Below are positions 52,801 to 64,000 of a stretch of DNA of 64,000 nt, one piece after another. Location: contig NC_087436.1 of NCBI RefSeq assembly GCF_036321535.1, positions 8,494,001 through 8,558,000 of the forward strand. Direction: 5' to 3'. The notes beneath the pieces were generated by a model that saw only the letters and a program-made list of their open reading frames with translations, was not told where the DNA came from and did not search any database. The position numbers and the translations under genes are program-made. The DNA comes from Camelus dromedarius (Eukaryota). The first letter of the stretch is position 1. Each line of letters starts with the position of its first letter.

Positions 52801-55602
52801 GGATGCCCACCAGTTCTCCTTCTAGCTCACATCTAATATTTAGAGGTCAGCTAAGGACCAGTCTCCATCCTAGAGGCTGGGACTTGTTCCTGACACTCTC
52901 TCTCCAGTGTTCTCTTTCCTCAAACCTGTCATCCACACCTCTCCAGATTTTAAAACTAGTCTTTCCATGTATATCAAAGGATGCAAATGCACAGTAGTAA
53001 GTGAAGACTGTGTGTACTGGATCATCAGATTAGCCACACACACTGTCTTGTTGATAAAAACAACTCCGATGCAATCCACAGCTGAAAAAAGGCATTTCTC
53101 CAAACTTCTCTGATGTCTCAATTACAGGAACCATATTCTTTGAAATAAAATTTCTGCACAAAAGAATTGGAACAGCCATAGGAATTTGCTGTTTTGAGAT
53201 TTTATGTGTGAAAATCTATATCTAAAACATATGATCAAGTCAATAATTAGTCCTTCATAAACAGTAATGGGCAGGATTATTAATATCTTGCTTCCCTAAT
53301 TAAATTCTAAGTATCTTGATTTTCCAACTGGAAAGGAAGAAATGCTTAACAGATAAGAAACTAAAATTATAACCTTCTCTCCTTGTAATTAATATATAAA
53401 CCTACACACAATGTGCTGTTGAAATAACATCTTCCACTGTGTTGCAGCTAACACACAGTTTTCATGGACACAAACCATAAATCTGACGTGCTCCATCAGT
53501 CACTAGGCTGTGAATTTCTTTATATTTAGTTGTTTTCTATTATCCCAGACTGATCCTTGTAGGAAAAGATTGAATACTGTTCCCACTCAAGTACCAGAGA
53601 ATTTAGTTTTGATCTGAACGTCACATAAATAGCTCAGTAAAACACCCTTGCTCATAAACAGTGGTCACATTCACACTGGAGCAAAGGGGAGCACAGAGAA
53701 ACTGAATTGATACATTTAGCAAAGATTTATAACAAGAGCAAGGGCAGTCTCTGAATTGTCCTAATGCTTAGATGTGTCTGAGAAAGGACGACACTTTGAA
53801 GTTTTCTGTTTTCAACACACACGGCTGAAAAGCAAAAAGAAACTCAAGGATGTCCTTCTGCCTGACTTTCATAAGTACATTGTAGAAATTCTGTATTAAA
53901 GATTTTAGCGATATTTCTTTTTTCATATTTTCAGTTTAAATTTTTTTCTTAAAAGAAGTAGACTGTGTTTCTGAAAACTAAGTCCCCTATTTTGTTCCTT
54001 CTCAGCTATCCTATTTTCTGTTGTGGAGGGAGTTTGATTCTTCTAGGAAAAAAACTGAGACATAAATACATAATTCAATTACAGCATATTCGGGATGTCT
54101 AATTGACAGAATTAACACAGCGTCTGCAGAGTCTACTGAATCTATGAGTACCCAGGATGTACATAAAAAACAGATTTACTAGGAATTCTGTACACACCAC
54201 ATAGACTACAGACAATATTTCAAATACCAATGTCTTCCACTTTTTTGAAGAGCTTAAGAGCTCGGAGGAAAAAAAAAAGAGAGAGAGAGAGAGAACTATG
54301 CCTTAAGAAGGCATTTTCCAAGATTGGTTGCTATTCCTAACTTGATTTTGGAAAAACAACAAGAAAATCTGAAAACTCAGCCTTCCTGATTCTATCTATT
54401 CTTCTGATTAGGAATGTTCTATGCAAGAGTGACATAACAGAAGTTAGTAAGCGGAAGAATAGGAGATAATTTGTGAATACAGGGGTGGAAATAGAAAAGG
54501 AGATTAGAAAAATAAACAATGAACAAATTAAAAATCTTATTAACCAAAAAATAATACCAAAGTTTCCATTGTACACCTGTAAGACAGAAAAGGAGGTGAA
54601 AAAAGGTTCCAAGAGGAACCAGGTTTGGCATAATTTGGATTCTAGAGACTATGAGACCAAATTCAGTCATTATTCACAATCTACTATGTGCAGTACACTT
54701 TATAAAACCTTAGGAAGCAAATGGAGAGGAAATAAGTGGTCCCTGTCCTTAAGGTAATTATGTCAAGCAGTGAGGTGCTCATGATTATGTGCCCTGACTT
54801 GCAAAGAGTGTTTGGGGAAACTTTTCAAAGAAAAGATGGGTGTAGCCACATCGCTATTACAGCTACTGATTTGCATTTCTGTTGTGCTAGTTTTTCCCTT
54901 GAAGAGAAAGCCTGTATCAGTCTGGATCCCAGAAGAAAAAGAACAAATTCTAATTGAAATAAATCAAGGAGGGTGTAATAAATAGACTGTTTACAAAGAA
55001 ATGGAAATTCACCACAAGGAACAGGGCGGTAGTTTGTGGAGAGCAACAGTACAACTATTGCCACTGTTACATTCTGGAAGGAAGGCGGTATGGGGAGAGG
55101 TCTGTCTTGGGAGGCGCTGGGACCTTTATCCGAAGAAACAGGTGGTCTCCGAGAAATCAGCAAAGTGCTTGGGGAGAGTTAGGGATTATAAACTCTGGTC
55201 CTATCGTTTCCTTGCAATCTCCAGCCAGGCTTCCCACCGGCCAGATTAACCAGAAATCCTATCATCCAGACTCCTGGGACAGAGCAAGGTGGAGAAGGGT
55301 GAAATTATGTGCAAAAGGAGCAGCACAGTTGTCCCCAGCTAAAGAATCTGAAACACTCCAGTCTAATGAATGTATGGAGCTGCATGGAGTGAGGATGGTA
55401 ACACACACAATGAGTTCTTCTAACTGAGATCATTTGGCAATGGATAAGGAAAAAACGTGTAACTTGGCAAACTGGGAGAAGGAAAATTCTTGATTTTTTT
55501 ACCTGAAATGAATGCTTCTTGGATAGCATTTTTTTTTCCTTCTGGTAAAATTGTAGAAAATGTTTCTAACATCCAGTTACTAGTAAAATCTTTTAAATAA
55601 AT

Positions 55603-55782
55603 GGTAGGTACTGAATGTTCATGTCCTGTGTCCTCCACCCTCCTCCAAATTCATATGTTGAAGCACTAATTCCCCATGTGATAGAATCTGGAGGTAAAGC
55701 CTTTGGGAAGAATCAGGTCATGAGGGTGGGGCCCTCATGAGTTAGATTAGTGCCCTTATAAGGAGAGTTAGGAGAGAGATAT

Positions 55783-55815
<33 letters not shown>

Positions 55816-55995
55816 GCTATGTGAGGACACATCAAGAAGACAGCAGTCTGCAAACCAGGAAGAGGGTCCTCACCAGAACCTGATCACACTGACACCCTGA
55901 TCTCTGACATCCCAGCCTCTAGGACTGTGACAAATAAAGTTTTGTTGTTTAAGCCACCTAGTCCATAGTATTTCATTAAATTAAGGAACAAAGAC
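55603..55995 (+). mobile_element. MaLR solo LTR, MLT1A-like, with internal (TC)n
   Basis: 'caaattcatatgttgaagcactaa...ggtcatgagggtggggccctcatga...cagcctctaggactgtgacaaataaag'. Confidence 0.88.
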
Positions 55996-56159
55996 AGAAG
56001 TCATGTAGTCAAAGTTACCCACATGATTAATACTAGTAGTTGCATTATTATTTTCCCATTACTTTTTGCATCTTCTTCAGCCAAGATGAAAACTGCATGA
56101 ATACCTACCGCTTAACAGGCTGAGGGGTTATATGTAATATATGTTTAGACATTTATTTG

Positions 56160-59100
56160 GATTTAGTACTTTTTTAAAATTTTATTCTCCTGGGTGTGTT
56201 CCTGGGTATGTAAGAGTAAGGGAAGGGGGGGTGTTTTGTTGCATTTTTCATTTATTTAAAGGACAATAAGGCATATATCTCACAGTGTGTCTCAATTTTT
56301 CTTCTTTTAACACTGAATTTTAAAGATACATTCATGTCGCTCTGTGTAGTATATTTACTCTCTTATTTTATAGCCACTCACAGGTATCTGTAGGATGACC
56401 CACCATGTGTTATGTAATCTGCACACTCAGTAACGTGTAGAATCACATGGCTTCATCCAACCATCGGGTTGGTGGTGGCCGAGCTCAGCAAGGAAGCCTA
56501 GGATTGGTCGCCCTCTCCCTTTCAGTGTGGCTTTCAACCCTCAAGGATGCTATAGGAGACTTCCTCACAAGGTGACTATAGCATCTTCTAAGACAGGAAG
56601 CACTAAGTAGCCAAGTTTGCTTGTGTCCCACTGACATTAACAAATCAAATGGCCACGCCTAGGGTCAATATGGCTGGAGACTACCCAAAAGCATGGGACA
56701 CAGGATTCACCGGAGACCATTACTCTATCAACCTACCATATAAGGTAATGGTTCACATATTGTTGTTTTATCTCAATGTGGCTATTTATTAGCACCTAAT
56801 TTATTAAATAGTCCATCACTTCCCACTGATTTGGAATGCCACTTGTTGGTGGCATTTAGTCTATGTCAGAAGGTTCTATTTATTTCATCACTCTTTCTCT
56901 TCCTTCTTTCCTAAGTTTTGCACTATTTTATTTATTGAACCTATAAATATGTATAAATATCTAGGAAAATCAATCTTTCACCATTTTTTTCATCAAAATT
57001 TATTGGCTATTTTTTATGTGTGGTGATCCATAAACTTTGCAGTCAGTTTATCAAGTGGAAACATGATTGGCATTTTTAGCTTTACATTTTAGAATCAGCT
57101 GATTTAACTTAAAAATGTTGATGTTTTGGGGGGATTTATTGAACTTATACACTAATGAATTGAATGTTAACATGTTTAAAAGGAATATGATATCTATTTC
57201 TACTTATTTGATTCCTTTTTCATTGCTATATTAAGAAAAAGTCATCTCTTCTTGGATGTATACATAGATATTTTATCTTTTTAGCTGCTAATGTTAATGG
57301 ATTTTTTTCTCATTATACCTTGGCTTTTGTTAGTATATATAAAGTTATTAATTTCTTAATATTATGCTTAGACCCCTTAGCATTCTGAATTATTTTATTT
57401 TTGAATTAGTAGGATCACAGTTGATTTTCTAGTGTTATGTATAAAGATAGATAACTTTATCTCTGCTTCACAATTTCTAATCCACTTAAGTCTTCATCTT
57501 TGTCATTGGTGACTAGTACTCTCCTCTTATTTTTAAAATATAAATTTCTTAACTGGTCTTGACCTAGTGGTGTTTCAACAATACAGAAAAGTACTGGTGG
57601 AATGGAAAAAAGATTTCAGAAGCAGATTCATGTCATATGGGAAATTAAAAATATAATAAATATACATAATATATAGTGTTGAGTTAATCAGCTATTTAGT
57701 AAGAAAAAATATATGTATATCTTATTTCTGACATAAGGTGATATCTAGATAGATGAAAGAGTTTACAAATAAAAGTAAAATAATATTAAAAGATCAGTAT
57801 TAAATAGCAGTATTATAATATTATTAAAAGCATCAGCTATTTAAATATTGGAGAAGATGAGGCCTTTTTTAAGCAAGACCCTCACATTTGGTAAGTCAAA
57901 AGCTGAAGCTTGATAAAGGTTACTGTATTTTTAAAAATGAAGAATAGATAATGCAATCTATGAAATAAGAAAAAAGTAACAGAAAAAGAATATCTTGACT
58001 ATATAATGAATTACCAAAATTAGAAAAAGCAAAGAACTGAAAAAAAAAAATTAGCAAAAAACCAAAAGGCTATTCCTCACATGAAGGGGAGCATTAAGAA
58101 CTTACAAACATCAAATGATTGAAAACTTCATAAATAATTAGGTAAATATAAATTAAAACCAAAAAGTGAGATATTTATTTTACCAATCTATTGATAACAG
58201 TAATAAAGTATGTTTAGATTCAATAGTGGTAAGGATGTGATTAAATACGTTCTTTCACCTACTATTGGTAGAAATATAACCATTTTAGGCTTTCTGAGCA
58301 TAACTTAGTATTATCTCTCAAAACCAAAATATGACTCTGTTTTAATGAAGCAGTAACATCTCAGTATCTCCCCTTAATAAATGCTCATAAAACACAGTAG
58401 CATGTACAAAAATACTCATTGCATTACTGGCTATGGTAAGGAAATTTAGAAACAATCTAAACTTCAAACAGTAGAGGAATGCTTAAATAAACTATGAACC
58501 ATCCACCAAAGGAAATCTCATGCTGCAGCTATAAAATTAATAATGTACTAAAAATGACAGAGATATCTACAAAACTGTTTATTTTTAAACAAGTGCATAG
58601 AAGATTAAAAAGAATATTATATTTTAATGCACTTACATGTAATTGCTTCAATAAATGAACTGAAAGATTACTCAACAACCTGTCTATTCTTCTAGGGAGA
58701 AAAGTGCTATGGATGCTTTTACTTATTACTATATATACTTCTGAACGGTTTGAAAATTGCATGTAAGCATCACAATATATAAAGGAAACAAGTAAGCTCA
58801 TCATTTTTCAACTAAATAAAATTAGAGCAGTGAGATACCATTTACATGTCACAAATTAGGAACACATATAATGTTAAAAATGTTCAATTAAATGGGCACA
58901 TTTTTGTACTGCTAATTTCAATCAGTGTAACTTGCATGTAGAAAATAACTGTTAGCCTTAAAGATCTTTCATATACTTATGCCCTCGTTAATAGTAATTC
59001 ACTTCCTAGGTGAATAACCTTAAGAAATAATAATAAATATGGATAAAACTTTATTCACAAATATATTTATAACATTATATATGTAGTAGTGAAAATTTGT

Positions 59101-59330
59101 AAAGTATTTGTATTTCTGTAATTGATGATCTAGCCACTTGATATATTAGAATACCCATGTTGAAGAATATTATAGAACACTAATTTAGGATGAATGTTTA
59201 TTCAATAAAGTTATATGAAAAGAGCATAATATTGGATAAATGGTATAATTAAATCATTAAAAATAAAAAAAGCAAAGCCCCTACTTGCACTGAAGATAAA
59301 TATGCCCAAGATCAAGCTAGGAGATTGGAT
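56160..59330. mobile_element. Highly decayed L1ME-like fragments in both orientations, with a possible MLT insert (~56380-56740)
   Basis: T-rich then A-rich halves with faint L1 ORF2/3' UTR motifs ('aaattaaaacc...gtgagata', 'gaaacaatctaaa'). Confidence 0.45.
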
Positions 59331-60899
59331 TAAATTCATTTGTTTGATTTTGAAGTTTGCAATCTTGATTCAGGCAATGAATATAATCTACTTTTTAATA
59401 AGAGTTAATAAATATACATATGTATTAATAGTAAACATATACACATGTATTATATATCTGTATATATGTGTTTATATTTATTAATTAGTAAGACAATACG
59501 TAGGGACTCTAGATTAAAAGCTCAGGTAACTCTCATGATAATTGCTGACCATCACTTAGTCTGGAATATGCATTTACTAAGCACCTAGATAAATCTGCAG
59601 ACTGTGCTTGGTGCTTCAGTAAAAAGATTCATCCGTGTAAAGAATCGTCTTCTGAGAACTATAGACATGCTGAAAAAAATTCTTACGATACCAGCATATG
59701 TTTGGATATCAAATTAAATGAAAAACATATGTAAATACAAAGCATACTTGTACTGAATCAACAAAGGAAATGAGGGAACAATAAATTCATAGTACAAGTA
59801 ACAAGGATATAGTAACTGAATATTAGACAGAGGACCAATGGGGAATGCTATGGTCCATAATACAAACAAAGAATTTGAATAGTACAATGAAACTAAATTT
59901 TGTCCAGAAGAAAATGTCCAGCTGTGGTTTCAGTAGGCAGAGGGTATGACAGAAAATAATTCCACAGAAAAATTGGAAATAGGAAAGTTTTCTCCTCTGA
60001 AGACATCATTTTTCAATGTGAAAAGGAGATTAAAAAAAAATCTTTAAACTAGTCTCTCTTTGAAAATTTGCTTTTAAGTCCAACCTGACATAACTGATTA
60101 TTGTTTCACAACTTCTATACTCAAAATAGCACCTTTGATGATTGTCCTCATTTCAACAGCATTGGAAGGTTTCCTATTTTTAAGTCTATGCTGTGTAGTT
60201 TGGTGACTTTACATCAGAATTTAAAATTTAATAAAATTTTGTTGCAAATCTCTGAAAAGGACTATTTATTTCAGATTTTGCCCAACTAAAAATATTACGG
60301 AATTGAGTGTAAAGAAGTCTGAAGGAGTTGAATTTGTATAACTCTACAACTACTACTTCATTTCTGCTTGAAAATGTAATCTTATCCACTTCAGTAGAGT
60401 GTCCTCATAAATTCTTTTAGTGGCACAAAGATGTCATAGAGAAACATGTTGTGAAGTTTTATAATGAAGAGAATAGAAAAAGAAAAACCAAAGTGTGCCT
60501 GATATTTATGTTGTAAGTCTGCCCAAATACTGTAATTTTACTGGTTTTATTTCTGTTCGCAAATGGTGATTATATTAGTTAATTCTCAGAATACTCCATG
60601 AATAAATTAGTTTAAAAAAAAATCTCTGGGTTTTAAATTATAAAATTCCTACAAAGATCAAAGGCAACATACATATAACTAAAATGTTTATAATAATAAA
60701 AAAACGCAGTGAGTTGTATTCCCACTTTGATGGAATTTAGATGGCTGCTACCTTTTTAGAATACTTAACTAATGCTAATTAATTTAGAGTTCTATAATGG
60801 TATATTTTTCTTATTTTGCTAAATTGATCTAAAATGTCATAATTATTTGATTTGCTCCTACTTTTCAATTAGTCATAGGATTTAGACATTTAGCAAATC

Positions 60900-63734
60900 T
60901 TTGTCAAACCACAAGCTGACTACAAGCTAAAGAAATAGATATTTCAAAGACAGTATGTAATAAAGAATATAAATTTTAAAGTATTTTTGAAAAGTCACTT
61001 AAAAAACTAACAACTATTACCTACAGAGAGCAACAATGACAAACCATGAGGAGTGGAGAGAATCTTATTTCTAGGGTTTCCATATTGTAATAATGAACAG
61101 GGTAAGTGTGAAACAAAAAGTGATAAGGCAGATAAAGAAACAAATAAGTATGGCCCATACACAGGAACAAAAGAAAATTAACAGAGATGTAAGAGGACTT
61201 GCTAGTTAATGACTTTAATCAATTGTCTTAATTTTGTTCAGAGCTAAGGAAAACATAGGAAAAGAACTAAACAAAACAAAAGAATAACATATGAACAAAT
61301 ATAGAATATAAAAAGGGGATAGAAATTATTAAAAAGAAATAAAACAAAAAGTCTAGAGTTAAAAATTATAATAATTGGAATGAAATATTTACTAGAGCAT
61401 TTCAACAGCAATTTGAGCAAGCCAAAAGAGAATGAGTAAATCTGAATAAAGATAAATGAAATCATCTAGACTGAAGAAAGAAAAAAATGTGTTAAGAAAA
61501 CTAATTAGAGCCTAAGGGACCTGTGAGACACAATTAAGTGTATCAACATACCTGTTATGGGTGTCCCAGAAGGAAGGGAAGAGAGAAAAGGGGCAGGAAA
61601 TGTATTTAAAGGAATAATGGCAAAGAAACGTCAAATTTAATGGAAATCACGACTGTACATATGCAAGAACCTCAAAAAACTCCAAGGACAAATACAGAGA
61701 TCCACATTAAGACATATTATGATCAAACTGTCAAAAACCCAAACTCAGAGAAAATCACAAGAGCAGCACAAGAAAAGCAACTTGTCAAGCATAAAGGATC
61801 CTCAATAAGATTAACAACAGATTTCTCATCAGAAACCATGAAGGCCAGAAGGTAGTGGGAATAACATATTCAAAGTGCTGAAATAAAATACTTGTCAACC
61901 AAGAATTCTATATCCCACAAAACTACCTTTTAAAAATTAGGGCAAAATTAAGACATTCTGAAATTTTAAAAGCTGAGTGAATCCATGCTACTAGATCTGC
62001 CATATAAGAAGTTCTAAAAGGTTTCATTCAGGCCTAAATGAAAAGACATTCTGACAGAATTGAAGGGAGAAACAGACAGTTTTAAAATAATAGTTAGAAA
62101 CTCAAATACTCTACTTTCAATAATAGATTAAACAACCAGACAGATTTTCAATAAGATAATAGAAGTCTTGAACAACAGTATAAGTCAACTAGACTTAACA
62201 GATGTATTTAGAAGATCCCACCCACAAAACAGCAGAGTCACATTCTTGTTAAGAACACATGGGACCTTCTCCATGATAGTCCATAGGTTCAAGTACAAAA
62301 CAAGACCTAATAAATATTTAAAAACTGAAATCATACAAAATATCTTCTCCAAATACAGTGGAATGAAACTAGGAATCAATAAAAGAAAGAAAACTGGAAG
62401 ATTACAATATGTGGAAATTAAGCAACACATTCTAAAGAACTAATGAGTCAAAGCAGAATTAAAAGAGATGTTAGAAAGTATTTTCACATGAGTGAAAAGA
62501 AATGCACAACATACTAAAATATACTATATTGAAAACAGTGCTCAAAGGTCATTGATAGCTATAAAAAATCTACATTAAATAAGAAGAAAAAATCTCAAAG
62601 TAATAATCAAATTGTGTATCTTAAAGAACTAAAAAAACAAAAAAACAAAAGCAAAAAACTAAGCCTAAAACCAACAGAATGAAAGGATAAAGATTAGACT
62701 GAATGTAAATGAAAAGAGAACAGAAAAACAATAGGGAGAATCAACCAAAACAAAAGTTGGTTCTTTGAAAAATGCAACAAAAATAACAAGAGAAGAATCA
62801 AATTCTGAGTCTGTAATGAGAGTGGTGATATTTCTACTGACTTTATGGATCTAAAAAGGGGTAAAGAGAATGCTATGAATAATTGTATACTAATAAATTA
62901 GATAATGTAGATTAAGTGGACAAATTCTTAGAAAAACTCCCAAAACTCACTCAAGAAAAAATCTAAGCATAAATACAGCAAGTAAAGGAACTGAATTACT
63001 AATTAAAAACCTCCCAAGAAAGAAAAGTCCAGCCTCAAATGGCTTCATTGGTAAATTCTGCTAAACATTTAAAGAAAAAAATTCACCTATATTTCTATAG
63101 ACCTTCCAAAAATAGTAGAGGAAATAGCACTTTCTAACACATATTGAAAGGCCAGCATTACCCAGACACCAAGGCTAATATTAGAAGGAAAGAAAACTAC
63201 AGACCAATATACCCTTTGAATATAGATGAAAAAATCCTCAACAAAATATTAGCAAAGCAAATCCAGAAGCACAGTCAAAGGATTATATACTATGAACAAG
63301 TGGAATTGATTACAAGGATGAAAGGGTAGTTCGATATAAGGAAATCAATATAATAGTTTATATTAATAGAATAAAGGAGGTCATAGTCATCAAAATTGAT
63401 GCAGAAAATCATTTCACAAAATCCAACACACTTTCATGACAAAAAAAAATCAGCCAACTAGGAATCTCTTTAATATGATAAAGGATATTTACGAAAAAGA
63501 AGCAGCTAACATTATACTCATTGTCACTGAAAACCTTCCCTCGAAGATCAGGAACAAGACAAGGGTGCCTACTTTTGCCCTTTTAGTCAACATTATGCTG
63601 GAATTTTTGTCTAGAGCAATTAAGCGTTAAGATAAAGAAACAAAGTCATTCAGATTGGAAAGGAAGAAGTAAAACTATCTTAGCTTAAAGATGACCTGAT
63701 AATATATATAAGAAATCCTAAAGTGTGTGTGCAT

Positions 63735-63790
<56 letters not shown>

Positions 63791-64000
63791 TTAGAGCTAA
63801 TAAATTCAGTAAAATTGCAGAGAACAACATTCAAAACTCTACTGTGTTTCTATATACTAGAAATAACCAATCTGAAAATGAAATCAAGAAAAATTTCCAT
63901 TTACAATAGCATAAAAATAAAAAAATATTTCAGAATTGAAACGCTAAAGTTTACATCCATATGGAATTAAAAAGGATCCAAAAATAGATAATTAATCTTG
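60900..64000 (+). mobile_element. Degenerate L1 spanning ORF1 and ORF2 (EN-RT), running off the window
   Basis: ORF1-like 'KGSSIRLTTDFSSETMKARR'; endonuclease-like 'QLDLTDVFR..HP...HGTFS'; RT-like 'KENYRPI...IDEKILNKILAKQIQ'. Confidence 0.9.
63735..63788. repeat. (CA)n microsatellite within L1
   Basis: Perfect CA run. Confidence 0.95.

Noticed and set aside
54970..55250. GC-richer intronic segment with several overlapping ORFs
   Set aside because: No FSTL5 similarity or convincing splice pair; possibly an LTR fragment, but I could not define its ends.

Overview
AT-rich, repeat-dense mammalian genomic DNA, most likely from a camelid, judging by four copies of a tRNA-derived SINE resembling Vic-1. 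The only protein-coding sequence I can support is the terminal coding exon of FSTL5 (follistatin-like 5) on the minus strand, 48500-47798. It is followed by a ~1.85 kb 3' UTR ending near an AATAAA at 45969-45964. Positions above 48500 are FSTL5's last intron; positions below ~45.9 kb are downstream intergenic DNA. The rest is layered transposable elements: old and young L1, L2, MIR, MLT1 MaLR LTRs, seven ERV1-type solo LTRs between 16 and 36 kb, and SINEs. Most ORFs in the track are repeat fragments or noise. I see no multi-gene novel system. The two strongest leads are (1) a full-length SINE fused to an L1 3' end inside one 18-bp target-site duplication (18856-19346), resembling U6/L1 chimeras, and (2) an in-frame, phase-2/phase-2, 150-nt candidate exon in the last FSTL5 intron (50609-50758) that resembles a diverged duplicate of FSTL5's penultimate exon. 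All family and gene assignments come from recall, not database searches.
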